Origin: Xanthomonas campestris pv. campestris str. ATCC 33913
GTDB lineage: Bacteria; Pseudomonadota; Gammaproteobacteria; Xanthomonadales; Xanthomonadaceae
Reading direction: 5' to 3'
Assembly (NCBI RefSeq): GCF_000007145.1
Contig: NC_003902.1
Location: 575,435-607,434 of the forward strand
DNA: 32,000 bases
Position 1 is the first letter of the stretch. Each line of letters opens with the position of its first letter. This document shows positions 15,549-24,381 of this stretch, piece after piece. A program made the translations under genes and the position numbers. A model generated the notes under the pieces. It saw only the letters and a list, made by a program, of their open reading frames with translations. It was not told the origin of the DNA and searched no databases.

Positions 15549-17471
15549 TCAGGCGTGCTCCTGGCGTAGTGCACGTACCTGCTGTTCGAGCAACGCGGCG
15601 CTGGCCTGATCGCCGGCAATTGCCGGGCCGGCCACCACTTCAATCTGCGCCCGTATCCGCCGCGGCACGCGCATGCGGCCCAGGCGGGTGTCGCGCCGAC
15701 TCCACATGCTCGACCACATGCCGCGCAGCGCCATCGGGATCACCGGCACCTGGCGCCGCTCGAGAATCTTTTCCACACCCGATTTGAACGGCGCGATCTC
15801 GCCGTCCTTGGTCAATGCGCCTTCGGGAAAGATGCAGACCAGCTCGCCGTCGGCCAGCGCCGCATCGATGCGGTCGAAAGCCTGTTGCATGAGTGCCGGG
15901 TCTTCGCGCGCGCCGGCGATCGGGATGGCCTTGGCGGTGCGGAAGATCCAGCGCATCACCGGGATGCGGAAGATCTTGTAGTACATGACAAAGCGCACCG
16001 GGCGCGGAATCACCGCCGAGAGGATCAGCGCGTCCATGTAGCTGACGTGGTTGCACACCAGCAGTGCGGCGCCTTCGTCGGGCACGTGGCGATCGATCTC
16101 GTGCGCACGCAGCCGGTACAACACGCTCACCAGCACCCAGCTGAGGAAGCGCATCAGGAATTCGGGCACCAGGGTGAAGATCCACAGCGCCACCAGCGTG
16201 TTGGCGATTGCCAGCGCCAGGAACACCTGCGGAATGCTCAACCCGGGCAGTGGAATGCGCACCCCGAACAGCACCAGCTGCGGCAGCTGCAGGGCGATAC
16301 CGATGATGGCCGCGGCGACGATGAATAACGAGTTCTGGATGTTGAGCCCGGCGATCACGCGCGACAGCTCGGCCTTGGGCGTGCGGCTCTGGATCAGCGC
16401 GAACAGCGGCACCACGAACAGGCCAGTGAACAGACCGATGCCGACCAGGTCCACGATCAGCCGCACGCTGCCGGCCTGCTGCACGAACTGGCCGATCGAC
16501 AGGTCGTTTGCCAGTGCTGCACCCGGACGCGCGAAATACAGATCCAGCAGGAACGCGCTGATGCCGAACGCGCCCAGCGGCACCAGGCCGATTTCCACGG
16601 TGCGCCCGGACAGCCGCTCGCACAGCAGCGAGCCGACGCCGGTGCCGATCGAAAACAGCGCCAGCGCGAACACGTACAGGTCCTGCTGGCCGCCGAGATT
16701 GAGCTGCGCATAGGTGGGCAGCTGCGCGGTCAGTACGGTGCCGATGAACCAGAACCACGACACTCCGAGCACCGCGTTGCGCACCGCCGGCGTGCGCCGG
16801 GTCAGGCGCATGATCGCGCGCGATTCGGGGATGGGGTTCCAGTTGATTTTCAACTCCGGCGCGCCGGCATCGACCTTGGGCACCAGCCGCGCGACCAGGT
16901 TGCCGGTGACGGCAATGGCAATGACTGCGGTGGCAGCGGCCACCGGGCCGTGGCTGCCGGCGATCTGGAAGATCAAGCCGCCGAAGATCATGCCGCACAG
17001 GATCGAGATCGAGGTGCCCATCTCGACCAGGCCATTGCCGCCGGTGAGTTCCTCGGGCTTCAGCACCGAGGGCAGGATCGAATACTTCACCGGCCCGAAC
17101 AGCGTGGATTGCAGGCCGGTGCAGAACAGCGCGATCAGCAGGATCACCATGTTCTCGGTGATGAAGCCCACCGCGGCCAGCGACATGATCGCGATCTCCA
17201 TGGTGGTGGTGATCACGATGAGTTTCTGCTTTTCCAGTTTCTCGGCGATCTGCCCGGCCAGGGCGGAGAACAGGAAGTAGGGCAGGATGAACAGCGCCGG
17301 CGCCAGATTCGTGTAGAGCGTGCGTTGCGCCGCGTCGATGCCCAGGTAGAACAGCAGCCCGATGATGGCTTGCCGGTAGACGTTGTCGTTGAAGGCGCCC
17401 AGCGCCTGCACGGTAAAAAACGGCAAAAAGCGGCGCTGCCTGAGCAGGGCGAACTGACTGTGACCGGACAT
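15549..17471 (-). CDS. MFS lysophospholipid-transporter-like domain fused to a PlsC-type acyltransferase domain
   Basis: 640-aa ORF. The N-terminal roughly 400 aa are polytopic MFS (FLPFFTVQALGAFNDNVYRQA..., LplT-like). The C-terminus carries the acyltransferase HX4D box (NHVSYMDAL) and FPEGALT. RBS aaggag. Confidence 0.88.
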   Translation of the reverse strand: MSGHSQFALLRQRRFLPFFTVQALGAFNDNVYRQAIIGLLFYLGIDAAQRTLYTNLAPALFILPYFLFSALAGQIAEKLEKQKLIVITTTMEIAIMSLAAVGFITENMVILLIALFCTGLQSTLFGPVKYSILPSVLKPEELTGGNGLVEMGTSISILCGMIFGGLIFQIAGSHGPVAAATAVIAIAVTGNLVARLVPKVDAGAPELKINWNPIPESRAIMRLTRRTPAVRNAVLGVSWFWFIGTVLTAQLPTYAQLNLGGQQDLYVFALALFSIGTGVGSLLCERLSGRTVEIGLVPLGAFGISAFLLDLYFARPGAALANDLSIGQFVQQAGSVRLIVDLVGIGLFTGLFVVPLFALIQSRTPKAELSRVIAGLNIQNSLFIVAAAIIGIALQLPQLVLFGVRIPLPGLSIPQVFLALAIANTLVALWIFTLVPEFLMRFLSWVLVSVLYRLRAHEIDRHVPDEGAALLVCNHVSYMDALILSAVIPRPVRFVMYYKIFRIPVMRWIFRTAKAIPIAGAREDPALMQQAFDRIDAALADGELVCIFPEGALTKDGEIAPFKSGVEKILERRQVPVIPMALRGMWSSMWSRRDTRLGRMRVPRRIRAQIEVVAGPAIAGDQASAALLEQQVRALRQEHA

Positions 17472-17538
17472 GCGGACTCCTTCGCGACGCGCGCAGCCTA
17501 GCAGGCTTCAGCGCCGGGCTGGGAGCGCCCGCTGCGGC

Positions 17539-18441
17539 TCAGCGCACCGGGCGTCGCGCCGGGCGCTGCTGCTCCACCTGCGCGCGCAGCAGGGTGATGA
17601 AGGCGCGCGTGGCCGGGGTCGGGTCCGGCCGCCAGACCGCATAGGTGAGGAAGCGGAAGTGCTCCTTCAGCGCCAGCGCCACCACGCCACGCATGGCGCC
17701 GGCCATGGTCTGCGGCACGATGCCCACGCCCAGCCCGGCGGCGACCAGCTCGCGTACCAGATCGGCATGGGTGACTTCGTATTGCAGGCGCTGGTGCAGG
17801 CCGGCCTGGTCGAAGGCCGCGTCGATGATGCCGCGCACGCCGGCGCCGGGAATCAGCCCGGCCATCGGCTCGTCGTCCAGCTCGGCCAATGCCACGCGCT
17901 TGCGGCTGGCGAAGCGGTGGCCGGGCGCGACGATCAGCGCCAGTGCTTCTTCGTGCAGCAGCAGGCGCTGCTCCGGCACCACCACCTGCGGGCCGACGCC
18001 GACCAGGGCCAGATCCAGCCGGCCTTCGCGCAGGTCGTGCAGCAGGGCATCGCTCATGGCCGTGCGCAGGTGCACATCCACGTGCGCATGCGCGCTGCGG
18101 AAGCGGTGCAGCAGCGCCGGCACCTGCACCGTGGTGAGCGAGGAGATCTGCCCCAGCGTGAGCCGGCCGCGCACGGTGCCCAGCGCCTGGGCCATTTCTT
18201 CATGCAGGCGCTCGGCCGCGCGCAGCGTCTGCCGCGCGTTGTGCAGGAACACCTCGCCGGCGGCGGTGGGGCGTACCTGGCGGGTGCCGCGTTCGAACAG
18301 GCGCGCGCCCAGCAGCTCCTCGATCTTGGCGACCTGGTGGCTGAGTGCAGATTGCACGGTGTTGCAGCGGCGCGCGGCCGCAGTGAAGCCGCCTTCGTCG
18401 GCCACCGCCACGGCGAACTCCAGCTGGCGCAGGGTCAACAT
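17539..18441 (-). CDS. LysR-family transcriptional regulator
   Basis: ATG at 18441 gives 300 aa. The N-terminal wHTH is MLTLRQLEFAVAVADEGGFTAAARRCNTVQSALSHQVAKIEELLGARLFER. It is divergent from the MFS gene. Confidence 0.9.
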   Translation of the reverse strand: MLTLRQLEFAVAVADEGGFTAAARRCNTVQSALSHQVAKIEELLGARLFERGTRQVRPTAAGEVFLHNARQTLRAAERLHEEMAQALGTVRGRLTLGQISSLTTVQVPALLHRFRSAHAHVDVHLRTAMSDALLHDLREGRLDLALVGVGPQVVVPEQRLLLHEEALALIVAPGHRFASRKRVALAELDDEPMAGLIPGAGVRGIIDAAFDQAGLHQRLQYEVTHADLVRELVAAGLGVGIVPQTMAGAMRGVVALALKEHFRFLTYAVWRPDPTPATRAFITLLRAQVEQQRPARRPVR

Positions 18442-18541
18442 GCGATCTCGGAACAAGATGGGAACAGTGAAAACAATACATTGGAAAGATGGGTCTGTGC
18501 CGACCACACTGCGCCCCATCCACTCCACACAGGTTGCTGCC

Positions 18542-19732
18542 ATGACGTCGGAACCGATTTCCCACCCACCGCTGCCGCGCCGGCTGGTACTGCTGATGGC
18601 CGCGGCCACCGGCCTGGCCGTGGCCAGCAATTACTACGCGCAACCGCTGCTGGAAACCCTGGCGCAAGCGTTCCAGATCCAGGTGCGCACCGCCGGGGCG
18701 GTGGTGACCGCCGCACAGCTGGCCTACGCGGCCGGCCTGTTGCTGCTGGTGCCGCTGGGCGACCGGCTGGAGCGGCGCGGGCTGATCGTGGGCTTGTTTG
18801 TGCTCAGTGCGTTGGGCCTGCTGGTGAGCGCGGCCTCGCACAGTTTCGGCATGTTGCTGGCCGGCACGATCGTCACCGGCGCCAGCTCGGTGGCGGCGCA
18901 GATCCTGGTGCCGTTCGCGGCCACCCTGGCCGCCCCGCAGGAGCGCGGGCGGGTGATCGGCACGGTGATGAGCGGGCTGTTGCTGGGCATCCTGCTGGCC
19001 CGCACCGCCGCCGGGCTGCTGGCCGGTGTCGGTGGCTGGCACACCGTGTACTGGATTGCCGCGGCTCTGCTGCTGCTCACCGCCGGCCTGTTGTGGCGCG
19101 GGCTGCCGCGCCATCCAGGCAATGCGCAACTGTCGTATCCGCAGTTGGTGGGCTCGGTGCTGACGCTGCTGCGCGACGATGCGGTGCTGCGTTCGCGCTC
19201 GGTGCTGGGTGGGCTGCTGTTTGCCGGCTTCAGCATGTTCTGGACCACGCTGGCGTTCCTGCTGTCCGGGCCGGGCTATGGCTATGGCACTGCGGTGATC
19301 GGCTTGTTTGGACTGATCGGTGCTGCTGGCGCGTTGGCGGCCAACCGCTCCGGGCACTGGTCCGACCATGGGCACGGCGATCGCGTCAGCTGGGGCGGGC
19401 TGGTGATGCTGCTGCTGTCGTGGGGGCTGCTGGCCTTCGCACCGCACTCGATCGTGCTGCTGATCATCGGCGTGCTGTTGCTGGATATCGCGGTGCAGGG
19501 CGTGCATATCGCGAACCAAAGCGTGATCTATCAGCGCAATCCGCATGCACGCAACCGCATCACCTCCGCGTATATCACCTGCTATTTCATCGGTGGCGCG
19601 GTGGGCTCCACCTTGGGCACTGCGGCGTATGCGCAGGCCGGCTGGAACGGGGTGGTGATCGGCGGCGCGGTGTTGGCGCTGGCGGCGCTGGGCTGGGTGG
19701 CACTCAGTGTGGCGCGTGGCAGCTGGAAGTAA
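18542..19732 (+). CDS. MFS transporter
   Basis: ATG at 18542 in the frame of track ORF 17645..19732 gives 396 aa with about 12 hydrophobic segments. An MFS motif-A-like sequence is present (VPLGDRLERRG). Confidence 0.85.
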   Translation: MTSEPISHPPLPRRLVLLMAAATGLAVASNYYAQPLLETLAQAFQIQVRTAGAVVTAAQLAYAAGLLLLVPLGDRLERRGLIVGLFVLSALGLLVSAASHSFGMLLAGTIVTGASSVAAQILVPFAATLAAPQERGRVIGTVMSGLLLGILLARTAAGLLAGVGGWHTVYWIAAALLLLTAGLLWRGLPRHPGNAQLSYPQLVGSVLTLLRDDAVLRSRSVLGGLLFAGFSMFWTTLAFLLSGPGYGYGTAVIGLFGLIGAAGALAANRSGHWSDHGHGDRVSWGGLVMLLLSWGLLAFAPHSIVLLIIGVLLLDIAVQGVHIANQSVIYQRNPHARNRITSAYITCYFIGGAVGSTLGTAAYAQAGWNGVVIGGAVLALAALGWVALSVARGSWK

Positions 19733-19864
19733 GCGCAGCGATCAAAACGACTGCGCAGCCGCCAGGCGGGCGCGGCCGGTGCTCGGAATCGGCATGTACC
19801 CCCATACACTCCGGTTCCTCCGCACCCACCTGACGACTGCTCGCGACGTTTTGTTAGCCGCTCT
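19733..19864 (+). repeat. Dispersed direct repeat, long copy (132 bp, includes 67-bp extra block 19758-19824)
   Basis: gcgcagcgATCAAAACGACTGCGCA[67 bp]CCCACCTGACgACTGCTCGCgACGTTTTGTTAGCCGCTCT. It has the same orientation as 14091-14155. The indel is bounded by the cgca/cgca microhomology. The copy starts immediately after the MFS stop codon. Confidence 0.85.
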
Positions 19865-20043
19865 AAGTGCAGCAGTACGTTGGTGAGTGTTGCAGATGCG
19901 TGTGGTCTGCAATGGCGGCGGTGCGCGCGAGGGGCACCGCTGAAATGCGCGTGATTGTTCGACGCAGGTCTTTCGTGGGGCCACCTGCAGGTGCTGACGA
20001 CATGGCAGGGACGGCGATGTGCCGATCGCGCACTGCCTAAAGC

Positions 20044-22287
20044 TTAAGCGCCCTGCAGCGCCTTGGGCGCGGTGGTCTCGACCGGGGCAGCGGTGACCGC
20101 CACCGCCGCGGCGCGGAGTTTGGGCAGCAGGCGCAAGGTCAGCGCGAGTTGGTCGCGCACCAGGCGTTGTTTGGGTGGTAGTTGCACGGCGTGCTGTTCG
20201 AGTGCATCGGCCATGGCCAGTTCTTCGGTTTCATCGTGCACGGGTAGCACCTGGCGCAGGCTGAGTGCGTTGGCGATCTCGCCGAGTGTGCGCTGCAGGT
20301 AATCGCCGGCCTGGGCAATGCCGGCGTCGTGTTCGCCATCGAGCGCGGCCCGGTGCGCGCCTAGCGCCGACAGATACCCCAGCAGCGTGTTGGACAGCGC
20401 CAGAAAGCGGAAGCCCGCCTCCAGGTTGCGGCGGTAGCGGCCGGGTTCGCGCAACATGTTCGAGAGCGCTACCGACAGCGCAGCATCGGCGTTGTGCATG
20501 TCGCGCCGGGCGATGCGGTACGGCAGATCATCACGCATGCCGCTGGCGTACTGCTCCAGTACTTGCGCCAGATAGCGCGCGCAGCTGGCCAGCACGGTGG
20601 CCATCACCTGGTTGAGGCGGCGGCCTTGCCAGTCCGGCAGGATCAGGAACGAGGCGGCAGCGGCAATGGCGCAGCCGATCACGGTGTCGATCAGGCGCGG
20701 CCAGATCAGCACGAAGCCATCGCCGAGCAGGTTGAAGCAAAACAGTGCCATCACCGTGATGCCGGCGGTGGCCAGCATGTAGCGGTCGGTGCGGGTGATG
20801 AAGAAGATCAGCGCCGCGGCCAGTGCGAGCAGCAACTGCACCTCGGTGCCGGGGAACAACTGCATCAACGCCCAGGTGGCGATCAGGCCGATCAAGGTGC
20901 CGGCAATGCGCTGCACCAGTCGCAGCCGCGTGGCGCCGTAGTTGGGCCGGCACACAAACGCGGTGGTGAGCAGGATCCAGTAGCCGTTGTCGGCATGGAT
21001 CGATTGCATCACCGCGTAGCCCACCACCAGCGCGATGGCCATGCGCAGGCCGTGGCGGAACAGCACCGAGCCGGGCGTGAGTTGCTGGCCAAGCCGTGCG
21101 GCCATCTCGCGCACGGTGTGCGGCGATGAATCGCGCAGGCGGGTGTCGAGGTTGTCGCTGGTGGAATCGAATTGCGCCGCTTCCGACAGCCGCCGCTCGA
21201 TGGTCTGCAGGTTGGTGACCAGCAATTCCAGTGCGCCGAGCAGGCGGGTGAGCGCGGGATCGGCGCGGGCGTGCAGGTAGTCCAGCGACTGGCGCAGATC
21301 GTCGGTGGCCAGGCGACTGTGATCGCCGTAATCGAACGGCTGGCGCAGCCGGATCGCCTCGCCCAGCGCGGCGCAGGCCTTGCCCTGTAGCGCGAGCAGG
21401 CGCTGGCAGCGGTACAGCACATCGCTGTGGAAGAACGCGTCGGTCAGGGCTTCGTACGGGTAGTGCGAGGAGCTGGCGCGTTCGTGGAATTCCTGCGCCA
21501 TGTAGTACAGCCGGAAATACAGCCCGGACTGCACGCCCGGCCGGCCGGAGCGGCCGAAGCGGCTCATGATCGCGGTCTTGGCCGCATTGAGCGCGCCCAC
21601 CACCTTGGCGTTCTGTTCGGCCAGCGCCAGCCGGCGTGCATGCAGGTCGCTTTGCCGCACCGGTTCGAACAGGTCGGCCTTGAGCGTGAGGTAGCGGCCC
21701 AGTTCGAAGAACAGCCGCGACAGCCGCTCGCGCACCGGGCGATTGGCGAACAGGATGGTCCACAGGATCGACAGCACGCCGTACCAGGTGGCGCCGGCCA
21801 GCAGCAGCGCTGCGCCATGCCAGGCGATGCGCGGATCGTGGCTGCCGTGCTGGTCCATGCCGATCATGGCGTAGATCGACAAGGCCACCGTGGCCTGCGC
21901 GATCGAGGCATAGCGCTCGCCCAGCGCGCCCAGCAGGGTGAGCGAGAAGGTGGCCACGGCCATGCCGGTGACGAACGCCAGCGGATACGGGAACAGCACC
22001 ACCACCGCGGCCGCAGCCGCAGCGAAGCACAACAGCGAGAGCAGTACCGATTTGCTGCGGCCCAGCCAGTTGTCGTCGGTCTCGGCGATGGCGCTGGCGA
22101 TCGCGCCCAGGAACAGCGCCGGCACCGCGGTGAGCTGCTGCCAGTGCCAGCACAGGCCCATGGCCACCGCCAGCGCGATGAACACACGCAGGCCATAGCT
22201 GGCCTTTTCATGGGCCCACAGGCGGCTGAGGCGGGATTCGAACGAAGTGGTGGCCACGGTCTCTGAAGGGCAAGCGTGCCCGGGCAT
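20044..22287 (-). CDS. YccS/YhfK-type (FUSC-like) integral membrane protein
   Basis: Track ORF 20044..22302, called here from ATG 22287 (GTG 22302 is an alternative). Two blocks of hydrophobic helices are separated by a large soluble region, and the N-terminus ...RLWAHEKASYGLRVFIALAVAMGLCW resembles YccS. Confidence 0.8.
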   Translation of the reverse strand: MPGHACPSETVATTSFESRLSRLWAHEKASYGLRVFIALAVAMGLCWHWQQLTAVPALFLGAIASAIAETDDNWLGRSKSVLLSLLCFAAAAAAVVVLFPYPLAFVTGMAVATFSLTLLGALGERYASIAQATVALSIYAMIGMDQHGSHDPRIAWHGAALLLAGATWYGVLSILWTILFANRPVRERLSRLFFELGRYLTLKADLFEPVRQSDLHARRLALAEQNAKVVGALNAAKTAIMSRFGRSGRPGVQSGLYFRLYYMAQEFHERASSSHYPYEALTDAFFHSDVLYRCQRLLALQGKACAALGEAIRLRQPFDYGDHSRLATDDLRQSLDYLHARADPALTRLLGALELLVTNLQTIERRLSEAAQFDSTSDNLDTRLRDSSPHTVREMAARLGQQLTPGSVLFRHGLRMAIALVVGYAVMQSIHADNGYWILLTTAFVCRPNYGATRLRLVQRIAGTLIGLIATWALMQLFPGTEVQLLLALAAALIFFITRTDRYMLATAGITVMALFCFNLLGDGFVLIWPRLIDTVIGCAIAAAASFLILPDWQGRRLNQVMATVLASCARYLAQVLEQYASGMRDDLPYRIARRDMHNADAALSVALSNMLREPGRYRRNLEAGFRFLALSNTLLGYLSALGAHRAALDGEHDAGIAQAGDYLQRTLGEIANALSLRQVLPVHDETEELAMADALEQHAVQLPPKQRLVRDQLALTLRLLPKLRAAAVAVTAAPVETTAPKALQGA

Positions 22288-22374
22288 TATTGCCGCAGGC
22301 ACGCGCCGCCGGTGTGCAGGCCGGCTAGTCCTTTGTCAGTAGGCGGCGTGGCCGCCGCCGCTGCACGCCATGCA

Positions 22375-23670
22375 TCAGGCCTGCGCGTCGCGCTCGCGGG
22401 CGATCGCGCGCCAGCCGATATCGCTGCGCTGGAAGGCGCTGGCCCACTGGATCGGCTGCAGGCCGGCATAGGCGGTGCGTTGCGCGTCCAGCACGCTGTC
22501 GCCCAGCGCGGCCACGCACAGCACGCGGCCACCGGCGCTGATCACCTGCCCTTCGGCATTCAACGCAGTGCCGGCGTGGAAGACCTTGGCGCTGGCCGGC
22601 ACCGCGTCCAGGCCGGTGATGACCTCGCCGGTGACCGGGGTTTCCGGATAGGGCTTTGCGGCGATGACCACGCCCAGCGACGGGCGCGGATCCCACTGCG
22701 CCTGCGCGGCGTCGAGGGTGCCGTCGATGGCCGCTTCCACCAGATCCACCAGATCCGATTGCAGGCGCAGCATCACCGGCTGGGTTTCCGGGTCGCCGAA
22801 GCGCACGTTGAATTCGATCACCTTGGGCGCGCCGTGCGCATCGATCATCAGCCCGGCGTAGAGGAAGCCGGTGAATGGCACGCCGTCGGCGATCATGCCC
22901 TGCACAGTCGGCTCGACCACCTCGCGCATCACCCGCGCATGCACCTCGGGCGTGACCACCGGCGCCGGCGAATACGCGCCCATGCCGCCGGTGTTCGGGC
23001 CGGTGTCACCATCGCCCACGCGCTTGTGGTCCTGGCTGGTGGCCATCGGCAAGGCGTGTGTGCCGTCGACCATCGAGATGAAGCTGGCTTCTTCGCCGTC
23101 CAGAAATTCTTCGATCACCACGCGTGCGCCGGCATCGCCGAACGCATTGCCCGAGAGCATGTCGCGCACCGCGTCTTCGGCCTCGCCCAGCGTCATCGCC
23201 ACGATCACGCCCTTGCCGGCGGCCAGGCCGTCGGCCTTGACCACGATCGGTGCGCCCTTCTCGCGCACGTAGGCCAGCGCGGCATCCACCTCGGTGTGGA
23301 CCGCGTAGTAGGCGGTGGGAATGCCGTGGCGGGCCAGGAAGTCCTTGGCGAACGCCTTGCTACCTTCCAGCTGCGCTGCCTTGGCGGTGGGCCCGAAGAT
23401 GCGCAGGCCAGCGGCGTGGAAGCGGTCGACCACGCCCAGCACCAGCGGCACTTCCGGGCCGACCACGGTGAGCGCAACGGCCTCGCGCTGTGCCAGCGCG
23501 AGCAGGCCATCCAGGTCATCGACCTTGATCGCCACGTTGCGGCACTTGGCTTCGGTGGCGGTGCCGGCATTGCCCGGTGCGACGAGCACCTCGCTCACGC
23601 GAGCGGACTGCGCGATCTTCCAGGCCAGGGCATGTTCACGGCCGCCGGAGCCGATGACGAGGATTTTCAT
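22375..23670 (-). CDS. purD: Phosphoribosylamine-glycine ligase
   Basis: 431-aa ORF MKILVIGSGGREHALAWKIAQS..., a canonical PurD. Confidence 0.97.
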   Translation of the reverse strand: MKILVIGSGGREHALAWKIAQSARVSEVLVAPGNAGTATEAKCRNVAIKVDDLDGLLALAQREAVALTVVGPEVPLVLGVVDRFHAAGLRIFGPTAKAAQLEGSKAFAKDFLARHGIPTAYYAVHTEVDAALAYVREKGAPIVVKADGLAAGKGVIVAMTLGEAEDAVRDMLSGNAFGDAGARVVIEEFLDGEEASFISMVDGTHALPMATSQDHKRVGDGDTGPNTGGMGAYSPAPVVTPEVHARVMREVVEPTVQGMIADGVPFTGFLYAGLMIDAHGAPKVIEFNVRFGDPETQPVMLRLQSDLVDLVEAAIDGTLDAAQAQWDPRPSLGVVIAAKPYPETPVTGEVITGLDAVPASAKVFHAGTALNAEGQVISAGGRVLCVAALGDSVLDAQRTAYAGLQPIQWASAFQRSDIGWRAIARERDAQA

Positions 23671-23674
23671 TAAA

Positions 23675-24373
23675 TTACTTTCCTAAGCCAAGGAGCTTTA
23701 AGGTAGGTGCTGCAAGTTGCTGAAAACCAGTTACTGAGGTGACGATATTTGCTAGCACTTCAGCTGCCTGTGCAAATTTTTCACCCAGGCCTTTTTCGCG
23801 AATTTCCGGGTTGGCGGCAAAGTCGTAAATTCCTGATTTAAACTGGTCAAGTACATCTTCGTTCCCAGTCAATGAGTAATCATCGATAGCAGCCAGAAGT
23901 GTCCGGATTCGCCTAATGACAGCAACTTTTGCATTTCCCGATAAATCTGAATTCTTAATTTCCTCGATTGCTTCGAGCAATAGAGACTTGGCGCGCATCA
24001 ATTCTTCGTAATCAATTGCTTTATCGCCATTTGTTAGATGGACAACTCTTGATTGCATTTTCAAGTAATTGATGGTGTGAGAGTCGATGTGAGCGTGAAA
24101 ATCTGTCCAGTTACGCGCTGCGGCAGCGCTGAGTCCGGTATAGAGCTGACTTCTCCAATGATTGACTGCGTCGGCTTGCTCTGGGTCAGCCGCGAGGACT
24201 TCTTGCGCTGCCGTATCGATCAGTTTGTAGAAAAGTCCGATTTTTCGATGGATTTCAAGTGATTCAGCTTCTCCAAATATTCTTTTCCATCCATCGATGA
24301 AGCTTGCATGTAATCGCAAGTCTCTCGCGGCGATGACAATCTTTAATAAGTGATTCGTAGCAGAGTTATTCAT
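23675..24373 (-). CDS. Low-GC orphan protein, predicted all-alpha and soluble, of unknown function, inserted between purH and purD
   Basis: 232 aa from ATG 24373 ([25 protein letters not shown]...); the track ORF starts 12 nt upstream at TTG 24385. GC is about 40-50% in three 60-nt lines I counted, against about 67% in the flanking purD sequence. An uninterrupted 699-nt frame in AT-rich DNA is unlikely by chance. I recognised no family. Confidence 0.7.
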   Translation of the reverse strand: MNNSATNHLLKIVIAARDLRLHASFIDGWKRIFGEAESLEIHRKIGLFYKLIDTAAQEVLAADPEQADAVNHWRSQLYTGLSAAAARNWTDFHAHIDSHTINYLKMQSRVVHLTNGDKAIDYEELMRAKSLLLEAIEEIKNSDLSGNAKVAVIRRIRTLLAAIDDYSLTGNEDVLDQFKSGIYDFAANPEIREKGLGEKFAQAAEVLANIVTSVTGFQQLAAPTLKLLGLGK

Positions 24374-24381
24374 CAAAAATC

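Noticed and set aside
17470-19833. 787-aa plus-strand ORF, 695-aa frame 17645..19732 upstream of nt 18542, and 448-aa minus-strand ORF 18200..19546
   Set aside because: The first is antisense to the LysR gene and out of frame with the MFS gene. In the second frame only the part from ATG 18542 is hydrophobic and MFS-like. The third is antisense to the MFS gene.
24308-24325. R-x4-H (RDLRLH) near the N-terminus of the low-GC orphan as a HEPN nuclease motif
   Set aside because: A single short pattern match in an unusual position, with no supporting fold or second conserved element that I can verify. It is too weak to call.
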